Source: Mobula hypostoma (Eukaryota). From it: a DNA stretch of 64,000 bases. Numbering within the stretch: position 1 is the stretch's first letter; every line of letters starts with the position of its first letter. The stretch lies in assembly GCF_963921235.1 (NCBI RefSeq), contig NC_086097.1, positions 6,572,001-6,636,000 of the forward strand. Direction: 5' to 3'. Position numbers and translations under genes: made by a program. This document shows, one piece after another, positions 40,438 to 50,820 of this stretch. Below the pieces are notes generated by a model. The model saw nothing but the letters and a program-made list of their open reading frames with translations, ran no database searches and was not told where the DNA came from.

Positions 40438-41109
40438 TTCACATAGACAAATTGAACTTGAACAAAGCTTTGGGCCATGAATAGGGTAACAAGTTAGCAT
40501 GGAAAAACATGATCTCTTTGTGTGCTGTAAATTTCGATGATTTTAAGGACCGAATGCATCTTCCTCTGTTTGCATGAATCATTACGTGTTGTAATTCAAT
40601 CCGACTGATGATAGAAACACAAACAACAGAGGCCAATATAAAAGTGGCAAGAGGTACAGCCCTACATTTGTCTGCCATTAAGGGGAACATAGATTTATTA
40701 TGAATGACTCAATTTCTCTTTGCTCTGCCTTTACACCTCACCTTTTGTGAAAGTACAATTACTCATGAAGGGTGTCTGATCTGAAACATTGATTGTGTAT
40801 CTCTTCTACTGACCTGACCTGCTACGTGCTTCCAGAGTTTTCTGTTTTTGTTTGAGAATGATGTTTGTTTCTTCTATATTATTTTTCACTCCCTAACCAT
40901 ATCTCTGTCTTCCTTATATCTCTCTCCCACCTTGCCACCATCGTCACTGCCAAGCCTGCTCTCAGGATGTGGGAGTGCACATCTCACACAATATCTCATG
41001 AGCCCACAATACATTCTAAACAATCAGGAAATCTCAGCAACATTTCTGCTTTCTGAAGAGGCTGAAGACAGCTCAAATATGCACCTCCATATTTGCATCA
41101 ATATATAGA

Positions 41110-42000
41110 GGCCATCCACCCAAGCTGTGTCATTGCATGGTATGGAAACTGAACTGTGACAGACAAGGAGGCTCTACAACAAATAGTCTAAACTGCCCGA
41201 AGCATCACGAGCATCAGCCTACTCACCATCAAGGACGTATATACAGAAAGGTACCGGAAAAGGGCCAGTAACCTCATGAAGGATCCCACCCACCCTGCTC
41301 ATGGACTGTTTGTTCCACTCCCATCAAGGAAAGGGATGCATAGCATCCGCACCAGGACCACCAGACTTAAAAACAGCTACTTTCCCAAGCTGTATGGCCG
41401 ATCAACACCTCCACCACTAACACACCCCACAACCACTACTTTTTATCATGTCTTTTCACCTTATACATAGACACTCCTGTGTGTAAAGGCTTCCGTTAGT
41501 CTTGCGAGACCATGGATCTGAGCCTGGAAAGTCTTCACTCTCCAGGGCGCAGGCCTGGGCAAGGTTGTATGGAAGACTAGCAGTTGCCCATGCTGCAAGT
41601 CTCCCCTCTCCAAGACACCAATGTTGTCCAAGGGAAGGGCATTAGGACCCATACAGCTTGGCACCAGTGTTGTCGCAGAGCAATGTGTGATAAAGTGCCT
41701 TGCTCAAGGACACAACACGTTCCCTCGGCTGGGGCTTGAACTCACGACCTTTAGGTCGCTAGTCCAATGCCTTAACCACTTGGCCACGTGCCCACACACT
41801 CCTGTGTGTAGCATGACTTTATTGACATTTAATCAATCTGTGTATGTAAGCTATCTTATGTATTTATAATTATTGTGTTTTTTGTATTATTATTGTGTCC
41901 TTTATCTTTTGTGTTTCTTTGTGTTGCATCAGATCTGGAGTAACATTAATTTCATTCTCCTTTACACTTGTTAACCAGTCACTTCATTAATCAATCTTGA
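41110..42000 (+). mobile_element. Rex1/Babar 3' fragment hosting a SINE
   Basis: MKDPTHPAHGLFVPLPS...RTTRLKNSYFP. Confidence 0.8.
41486..41795 (-). mobile_element. tRNA-headed SINE, distinct from the V-SINE family
   Basis: Minus strand A-box tggccaagtgg and B-box gagttcaagccc; 15-bp TSD acactcctgtgtgta (41471-41485, 41796-41810). Confidence 0.9.
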
Positions 42001-42109
42001 TCTCTGTCTCTGCTAATCTCATTACATTTCTCTCTAACCTCGCCACGATCTTCACTGCCAAACATGTTCTCATTTCTAACTAGGAAGTAAGGCGAGCAGA
42101 TGGATAATT

Positions 42110-42245
42110 TAATCACTGGTGAAGAGTCTCGGCCTGAAACATTGACTTACTTATTTCCATAGATGTTGCCTAGCCTGCTGAGTTCCTCCAGCATTTTGTG
42201 TGTGTTGCTCTGGATTTCCAGCATCTGCAGAATATCTTGTGTTTG
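42110..42245 (+). mobile_element. Penelope pseudo-LTR fragment
   Basis: ctggtgaagagtctcggcctgaaacattgact plus family tail. Confidence 0.75.
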
Positions 42246-42409
42246 TAATTAATCAGTTCCTTCTCACTTCAGTTTGTGTGTCCTTAACCCAGTCAATAGC
42301 AGGTCCACAAGTTAAAGGCTGGATGACAGAGGTAAGTTAAAATCTGATCATGTTAGTTAGAAATTTAAACTTAAAGAATTCTGAAGTTTTAACCCCTAAA
42401 CGTTTTGAT

Positions 42410-42718
42410 CTCTGAATGTTTCCTATAGTGAAGGAGTCCAGGAGAAGGATGTTCATTTAGAACAGAGATGAGGAGGAATTTCTTCAGCCTCAGGGTGGTT
42501 TATCTGTGGAATTCATTGCTACATACATCTGCAGAGTCCAAGTCACTGAGTATATTTAAAGCAGAAGTTGATAGGTTCTTGATTAGTAAGGATGTCAAAG
42601 GTTATGGAGAGAAGGCAGGATAATGCAGTTGAGAGGGATAATAAATCAGCCATGATGAAATGACAGAGCAGATTCCATGAGAAAATGGGCTGATTATATC
42701 CTATGTCTTATGGTCTTA
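42410..42718 (+). mobile_element. CR1 3' fragment
   Basis: gatgaggaggaatttcttc...tgtcttatggtctta tail. Confidence 0.8.
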
Positions 42719-42879
42719 TCAAGCAACACACACAAAATGCTGGTGGAAAGCAGCAGGCTAGGCAGCATCGATAGGAAGAGGTACAGTCGACGTTTCGGGC
42801 CGAGACCCTTCGTCAGTCCTGCATTCCACCAGCAGTTTGTGTGTGTTGCTTGAATTTCCAGCATCTGCAGATTTCCTCG
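42719..42879. mobile_element. 161-bp inverted Penelope-derived mini-element
   Basis: 15-bp TSD tgtcttatggtctta (42704-42718, 42880-42894); 30-bp inverted repeat 42719-42748 / 42824-42853 with one mismatch. Confidence 0.85.
42784..42816 (-). ncRNA. Minimal type I hammerhead ribozyme core (Penelope type)
   Basis: Minus strand CUGACGA-A-GGGUCUCGGCCC-GAAA-CG-UC-GACUG. The 5' strand of stem I is lost at the inversion junction. Confidence 0.65.
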
Positions 42880-44284
42880 TGTCTTATGGTCTTAGGTCCT
42901 TTCAGAAGGAAATTTTGCAACCTTCACTTGATCAAAGTATGTGTGTCTTCATGTCTTGTACAACACAGTTAATTCTTAAGTAGCCCACCAAAGTTCAGGG
43001 CCTAATACAGGAAAAAGGCTTACAAACATACTTTATCTAGAAATGTCAAAAACTGTTTTGAGATTTTCTTTGTGCCTCTTTGCCATAAGATATAGAAGCA
43101 GAATTAGGTCATTTGGCCCAGCACGTCTGCTCCACCGCTATTCCAAGGTTTCTCTCAGCCACAATCGCCTGCCTTATCCCCATATCTCTTCATGCCCTGA
43201 CCAATCTAGAACCTGTCAACTTCTGCCTTAAATATACATAAAGATTTGGCCTCTACGGCTGCCTGAGGAAAAAAAAATATTCCACAGATTCACTACATTC
43301 TTGCTGAAAAAATTCCTCCTCATCTCTGTTCTCAAAGGACACCACTCTATTCTGAGGCTGTGTCGTCTGGTCTTAGAAACATTTTCATCATAGGAAACAT
43401 CCTCTCCCCTTCCACTCTATCAAGGTCATTCACTATTCAATAGGTTTCAATGAGGTCTCCTCTGATTCTTCTGAATTATAGTGAATACAGGCCCAGAGCC
43501 ATCAAAAGCTCTTCACATGACAAGCCATTCAATCCTGAAATCATTTATGTGAACCTCCTTTGAACTCTCTTCAGTTTCACAACATCTTTGCTAAAAACTG
43601 TTCACAATAATCCAAGTGAGTTCTCACCAGTGCTTTATAAAGTCTCAACATTACATCCTTGCTTTTATATTCTAGTCCTCATGAAATGAATGCTAACAAC
43701 ACATCTGCCTTTCTCAACACAGACTCAAGCTGCAAATTAACCTTTATGGAGTCCTGCACAAGGACTCCCAAATCCCTTTGCATGTCAGTTTTTTTGTATT
43801 ATTTCTCTACTCAGAAAATAGTCAACACTTTCATTTCTTCTACCAAAGTTCATGACCGTACACTTCCCAACACTATACACCATCTGCCGTGTCTTTGCCC
43901 TTTCACCTAATCCTTCTGTAGCCTCATTATTTTGTCAAAACTACCTGTCCCTCAACCTACCTTCACACGTAAAAAGAACTGGTCCCAACACAGACCCTTG
44001 TGTGACACCACTAGTCACCTACAGCCAGCCAGAATAAGGCTCCTTTGGTTACCACTCTTTGCCTCCTGCTAATCAGCCTGCTTTATCCATGCTGGAATCA
44101 TTTCTGTAATACCATGGGCTCGTAGCTTTTAAGCTGCCTCATGTGTGGCATCTTGTCAAAGACCTTCCAAAGATATGAGTACGCAACATCAATTGATTCT
44201 TCTTTGTCTATCCTGCTTGTCGTTTTTTCAAAGAATTCCAACAGATTCTCATGTAAGATTTTTTTTTGAGGAAACCATGCTGAC

Positions 44285-46870
44285 CATGGTCAGATTGTTG
44301 TTGGGGTTGGGAATTTGAGGCCAGGGCCAGTGGCATGTTACAAAAGAACTCCCGGAGGCAGCTGAACAAAACAGCCACTGGTTATGGATGGAGAGGAGTG
44401 ACCGCAGCTGGGCCCTAAGATGACCCATGGGTGGCCAGATGTGAAGAGGGTGCATGTAAGATGCTGGGTTGCACTGTTGTGCCCTCTGGAGATTCTGTGG
44501 GCTTGAAATGAATGAAACATCTAAGAAGAGAGGGGGCCCACCTAATGACACTTGGGAAGCATCTGTCACCCACAAAGCCCCACCTCAAGATCTCTATGCT
44601 ATAACGCGAGTTGGGATCTGCTTATCAAAAGGATTAAAATATCTTATCCTATGGGCTCAAGCTGTAAATCTGATTCATCAGTGACTGCTGTGAAAGAGCA
44701 GCTGACAACCAGGGAAAGTCCTGGTGATATCTTGGAAAGACAGATGACAGGAGGGAAAGACCCCATTGGAGTTGCCGTGGGCTTGTTACCCATGGCAGCA
44801 GACTCCTCTTGCCCAAGTAGCATATTGGGGTCAACCACCGATGGCTACAAGAACTACAACGAGAAATATCCCCAGGGTCAGCAAGAGCTGGGGCGCAAGA
44901 TGACTCAAGGATGGATATTCTGGTAACAGAACATGGCATGACTTTGACTACGAGAAACATAGACAGTGTAGTACTCGAGTCAGTGACGTCAGCAGGAAGC
45001 ACGCTCCAGAGATGCATCTGCGGCTGCTCTAAAGTAACATCAGCTAGGAGCTTGAAGGTACGCCAGGGCAGGATGAAGTGCTTGAAGGAGACAAGACTGG
45101 AACCTTGCATCAACCAGTATTTCTTGAGGGAAAGGATGAGTAAGTCAAATGAAGTTCAGTTGAAACCCAAAGCCCGCAGAGCATCTGTAACCCTGGCGCA
45201 GCCCCAGAAGCTCACGTCAGCACTGAAGACAATTGCTTACAGGAAAGACAAGGCCAGTCAGCAGAAAAGATGTTGCAGGTGAAAAAGCCATGTGCAAAAT
45301 GGCCGAAAACCTGCAACAAGAAAGAGTAACTGTCGACGAGGTTCTATGCAGACTTCTCAGTAGTCTAAAGGGCACAGTTGAGAAGAGAATTGAGAGGATG
45401 GGTTACCTCATATACAACTACAGAGCAGAAAGATTTGGAGATTAAGACAAAGATGGCAGCATGGCTCAAGTCAAGAAGACAAAAGGAAATAGAGGACCTC
45501 ATTAAGGAGAGATGGCAACTGAAGGAACAGTGGAGAAAATCAACCATGGAGGAAAGAGAAGGAATCAACATCCTACAAGCAGAACTAAAGGCATGACTGT
45601 TGGCTCTAAGGAAGGCAGCAAACCTCAGGCTTCAAAGAAAGAAGAAAGAACACACTCAGACACAATTCCATAAGGACCTCTACAAGTTCATGAAAAGCAT
45701 TTTCACAAAGCAGAAGGATGGAACTGCTAAGATGTCAAAGGAAGAGTTGGAAGATCATCTGAAGCTGACATAGTCAGACAGTCTGAGAGCCGAACATATC
45801 TCAGTACCTTCAGATATGCCACCCTCCACGTCAGCAGTTTGACATCAGTCCCCCCAGATATCTCTGGTTATCCATCCCATAGGATGATGATGGTTCCTTT
45901 CAGTCAGTTAGTGGGGTGGTAGGAGTACCCCACTCCTCAGAAAGCAACAGCGTGTGCGTGAATGGATTTTAGGTGAGTAGGGGGTTGCACAGGTCCAGAC
46001 CCACCCTCTCGACATCCCCTCCCGGATCCAGTGGCATGGTGGGGTCCAAGACGGCTGGGGGAAGTTCTGTTGCAGTGAATGGCCAGACCAAGCTTCGATG
46101 CAAGGGATGCCCTTTCCGCGCTTCACGGCACGTGTTTGATAGATGGCCATTGACCCTATGAAAGCATTCATCAGCCCTTTAACAGGTCTTGACTTTCGTC
46201 CTGCAGGGTGTCTAGTCACCCTCCTCACCAGGCAAGACTGGTGGGGGAGCCCATTTAGTCGCCGACTACCCTATCATGCAACAGGTAGTACTGGGTTACA
46301 TGGTACCAGAAGCACTCAGATGTGTGACCTGACCAGAATGACCTGACCAGAAACAGATGAAGGGGTCTGGAAGAATAAATTTATTCCTAGAGCATGGCAG
46401 TGGGCAGGAGGAATTCTAATTCCTAAAGAAAAGGATTCCTCAGAAATTTAACAGCTTCAGCAAATAAACCTGTCAAATGTTGAAGGGAAAATATTTTTTA
46501 GTGTCATTGTGCAAAGGTTGTCTACTTACCTGGAGAAAAACAACTTCATCATCACACATGTGCAGAAGGCAGCGATGCTGGGTTTCTCTGCCTGTTTGGA
46601 GCATACAAGTATAACTTGGGATCAAATACACACTGCTAAAAGGGAATGTAGAGACCTCCATGTCCTAGCCAACGCCTTTAGGTCAGTCTCACGTAACCTC
46701 CTGTGGTCTTCAATTGAGTTCTTCTGTGGACCAGAATGTGTTACAACCCTGGTCAGAGCCTACTTTCGAGATCTCCAGTTCTCATTGATAACTGCAGAGT
46801 AGAACACTGCCTGGCAGCCTGCACCATCTCTCCGCTGGTCTTTACCATGGCAATGGAAGTAATCATTAGA
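44285..46870 (+). mobile_element. Hero/R2-group non-LTR retrotransposon, decayed 5' part
   Basis: Zn-finger-like CICGCSKVTSARSLKVRQGRMKC; RT motifs LIPKE, NVEGKIF, VQKAAMLGFSACLEH, LANAFRSV, CTISPLVFTMAMEVII. Confidence 0.75.
45861..46350 (-). mobile_element. Non-coding short element, probably RTE-derived, inserted in Hero
   Basis: GC-rich block interrupting the Hero coding sequence; shares motifs with 35140-35650. Confidence 0.5.
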
Positions 46871-47391
46871 ATGAGCTCATTTCTCTGGTCAAGCCGAGGA
46901 GTGGTAGTGGGGATAAACTCCCACTACCTAAAAGTGCTCCTCACAGCATGTGCCTCAAATAACCTCTGACAACTAAGCCCAACTCCTGGCCTTCTCGTGT
47001 AGCTTAGCCTCTAAGCCCAGCGAAACTGTTTCCACTGACAGGAGAAGGGGCGAAGGCGGGTCCTGGTGCCTTAAAACCAGTGCTTTGGGTAGATGGAGCT
47101 CGTCAGCCTGGGAAGACAGTCCATCTAAGAGAGGGAATACTCTGATTTCAAACCTCCTTTGCCTTGCGGCCATACCCACTCATAGGAAAGGCTTCAGGAG
47201 TAAACCCTGAGGACTAATCCAGAACTGGAGTCCCTAAGGCAGTCCGATGTTGCCTCCAACCTCGTTCTGGCAACTCCTGCGACGACACTGGCGCCAAGCT
47301 GTATCAGCCCTTGCTCTTCCCTTTGTCAACATTGGTGTTGTGGAGCGGGGAGACTTGCAGTATGGGCAACTGCCGGTCTTCCATACAACCT
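46871..47391 (+). mobile_element. Headless short element sharing its 3' half with the SINE at 41486-41795
   Basis: tgcgacgacactggcgccaagctg...cttccatacaaccttgc matches the SINE; its middle matches 36796-37175. Confidence 0.7.
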
Positions 47392-48097
47392 TGCTGACTA
47401 TAGCCTATTTTATCATAAGCCTCCAAGTACCTAGAGATTTCTTTCTTAATAAACAATTCAAACATCTTCGCAACCACTGAGATTAGATTAACTAGTCTAT
47501 AGTTTCATTTATTCTGACTCTCTCCCTTCTTGAAGAGTGTAATGATATTTTCAATTTTCCACTAATCCAGAACTATTCCAAAACCTAGTGATTCTTGAAA
47601 GATCATTACTAATGCATCCATGATCTCTTCAGCCATCTCTTTCAGAACCCTGGAGTGCACACCATCTGGTTCAGCTAACTTATCTCCCTTCATATCTTTC
47701 ACTTGCCCAAGAACCTTCTCTCTAGTAATGGTAACTTCACACATTTCATGACTCCTGACACATGGTACATCTACCATACTGCTAGTATCTTCCACAGTGA
47801 AGACTGATGCAAAATACTTATTCAGTTTGTTCACCATTTCCTTGTCCCCCATTATTACCTCTCCAGCATTGTTTTCCAGCCGTCCAATATATACTCTCAC
47901 ATCTCCTTTACACTTTATGTATCTGAAGAAAGTTTTGGTATCTTTAATATTATTGTCTACCTTACTTTCATATTCCATCTTTACTATCTTAATGACAACT
48001 TTTTTGTTGCCTTCTGTTTGTTTTTAAAAGCTTACCAGTCCTCCAACTTCCCATTAATGTTTGCTTTATTATATTCCTTGCCTTTGGCTTTTATGGA

Positions 48098-49164
48098 TGT
48101 CATGGTCCGCTCTGTGAAGTCTGCATTCCGGTTTGCAGTCAGGTCCGTGGACTCAGGACTCCGGGTCTTCCAGCTGTCCTTTGTTTGAGTTAATCATAGG
48201 CACCTGATTCCCTTCTTTGGGCTTGCAATATACGTAGCCTTGGGATTGAGTGTGGGCTGCTGGTTTGTCTTGTCAGTCCCCCTTAGAGCAACCTGCTGAT
48301 GGAAGGCCAATGAAACCATTTGTGATCTCTAAGCCTGGTTGGAGGACAACTGCTTCATGGAGCCTTGTTGCCACTTGTTGGAGTGGTCTTTGTGGTATGG
48401 ATTTGGCTGTTTCCTGGGCCATCTGAGTGGCTGCCAGTCACTCTGAGCTAGGTACGGATCTGGCTGTTTCTGTAGCCAGCTGGATTAAACTGAGACTCGG
48501 AGCTACCCTGGAGCAGAGATGGAACTGTCTGTTGTTCTTTGGTGTTTGTCTTTTCTTGTCCTTGCCTCTGTGGGGTAAGCCAGGCTGTTTTGCTGTGCTC
48601 TGTGGGGGGGATCTGTCTTGTCTTGTCCTTGCCTCTGTTGGGTAAGTCTGGCTGTTCTGCTGTTACCTGATGGAGAGACCTGTCCCACCTTGGTGTGGAG
48701 ATGAAGTTGAGTCCTGGCTTGTCGAAGGCTAAATCCTGGCTCTGTTGATGTTCAGTTCCCAGTCTGTTTCTCAGCTCCAGTCTCTGAGTTATCAGCCTCT
48801 GCATTTCAAAATAAAAATCCTGCAGCCGAGCTCCAGGAACCCTAGCCTTGGCGATCCCGCAGCCAAGCTCCAGACCCAGGAACCCCAGCCTCAAGCCACG
48901 TCATGTCCTTGCCTGGCTCTGGAGTCCAAGCCTGAGGCAAGACCCAGGTTCTGGGTCCTTGTCCAGTCTCGGGCTCTGAGTCAAAGCCTTGCCTTCTAGT
49001 CCATGGATCCTAGTCCTGGTCCTGCTTTCCCTAGCCCAAGTCTGCATTCTTGTCCCTGCTCCTAGTCTGAATCCTGTCACGTCCCTTCTCTAGTCAAGTC
49101 CTGGTCCTTGTACTTTAGTGTCTGTGTCTTGCATTTGGGTCTGTTCCCAGCACCCCATGTGACA
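48098..49164 (+). mobile_element. Solo LTR, 1067 bp
   Basis: TGTCA...TGACA termini; 5-bp TSD atgga (48093-48097, 49165-49169); no coding remnant. Confidence 0.85.
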
Positions 49165-50262
49165 ATGGAAGCTTTGACTTCTCTTGTTTGCCACAGTTGT
49201 GTTATTATTCCTTTAGAATGCCACTTCCTCTTTGGGATGTATATATCCTGTGCCTTCTGAATTGCTTCCAGAAATTCCAGCCATTGCTGCTCTGCCATCA
49301 TCCCTGCCAGTGTTCTTTTCCAATCAGTTCTGGCCAACTCCTTCCTCATGGCTCTGTAATTCCCTTTACTCCACTGTAAAAGTGATACATCTGACTTTAG
49401 CTTCTCATGTCAACAATGAAACATAGCCTGCAAACTCCTTACTACACTACATGTAAGTGTAAGCTCTGTATGTGTTTCTAAGTGTTAATGATTAAACTGT
49501 ATCTAATGGAACAACTAGTTTACAGTCCTTAAAGACTCCTCTACTCAGTTGGCCTCTATTGCACAAATCATCCCCTCTTAATCTAATTGAATGCATTCAT
49601 TAGAGTGGATACAATTAGCAAATTAATTACTAATTGACCTTTGTGGTTTTGGATTCTAACTGCACTATTTGATTTCTACTTTCCTGTCAATAACTTTGCA
49701 CCTGATACTTAATTGCAGGCTCAAATTTAGTCTCACGAGAATACTTGTCAAATAGCTTGACGATGTCAGCCAACTAAATACTCTGAAATCAGAGACTGGT
49801 AGTACAAGAAACCAGGCATCACCTCACAGGTCTTGAGGAAGCAATAGATTCACGATAAATGAGTCCCAATAATTTTTCCCTTTCAATATTTTATTAGTTT
49901 CTACATGGAAGAATACAGAGTACAAGAAAGTATATATAAAGGTAAAAAAAACTACCAATTACATTATATCTATTCATAATAACACTCTCATTACCCTGTA
50001 TTCATGTAGGTTAGTCAAAGTTATATTGAAATGTACTAATTTATTACAAAAGATGAGTCAAACCCCTACCAAGACCGAACTGTTTATTAAGAAGAAAAAA
50101 AGGTAAAACAGCTTCTCATATAATAAAAATTAATAATATCCAACATCTAAATTTAAGGTTTTGAAAGTTTTGAAAATAATTCAGAAAGGGTCCTCACAAT
50201 GTTTGAAAGTCTTGAGGAGATTCAGAAATTGAGCAGCGAATTTTCTCTAAATTTAAGCATGA

Positions 50263-50820
50263 GTCTCTATTTCTTGAGGAGACTGAAGGCCTTTAACATC
50301 TGCCAGACGATGCTGAGGATGTTCTACGAGTCTGTGGTGGCCAGTGCTATCATGTTTGCTGTTGTGTGCTGGGGCAGCAGGCTGAGGGTAGCAGACACCA
50401 ACAGAATCAACAAACTCATTCGTAAGGCCAGTGATGTTGTGGGGATGGAACTGGACTCTCTCACGGTGGTGTCTGAAAAGAGGATGCTGTGTAAGTTGCA
50501 TGCCATCTTGGACAATGTTTTCCATCCACTACATAATGTACTGGGTGGGCACAGGAGTACATTCAGCCAGAGACTCATTCCACCGAGATGCAGCACAGAG
50601 CGTCATAGGAAGTCATTCCTGCCTGTGGCCATCAAACTTTACAACTCCTCCCTTGGAGGGTCAGACACCCTGAGCCAATAGGCTGGTCCTGGATTTATTT
50701 AATAATTTCCTGGCATAATTTACATATTACTATTTAACTATTTATGGTTCTAATACTATTTATTATTTATGGTGCAACTGTAACGAAAACCAATTTCCCC
50801 CGGGATTAATAAAGTATGAC
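50263..50820 (+). mobile_element. Young-looking Rex1/Babar 3' fragment nested in L1
   Basis: Open frame LYFLRRLKAFNICQTMLRMFYESVVAS...SFLPVAIKLYN; catga repeated at 50258-50262 and 50821-50825. Confidence 0.88.

Larger units (their letters stand above)
43083..49405 (-). mobile_element. Single CR1 split into 43083-44284, 47392-48097 and 49165-49405
   Basis: aaaccatgctgac|tatagcctattttatc rejoins as in the uninterrupted copy near 16561; rejoins again across the LTR. Confidence 0.85.

Noticed and set aside
41725..41795. tRNA gene
   Set aside because: It is the head of a TSD-flanked SINE and continues directly into the SINE body.
46150..46210. Minus-strand CGAAA...CUGAUGA suggesting a type II hammerhead
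   Set aside because: No UH after the putative stem III, a 2-nt loop, and an A-C mismatch at the base of stem II; the related element near 35400 has ggatga instead.
50199..50681. 160-aa ORF as a chimeric gene
   Set aside because: Chance fusion of antisense L1 with a 5'-truncated Rex fragment.
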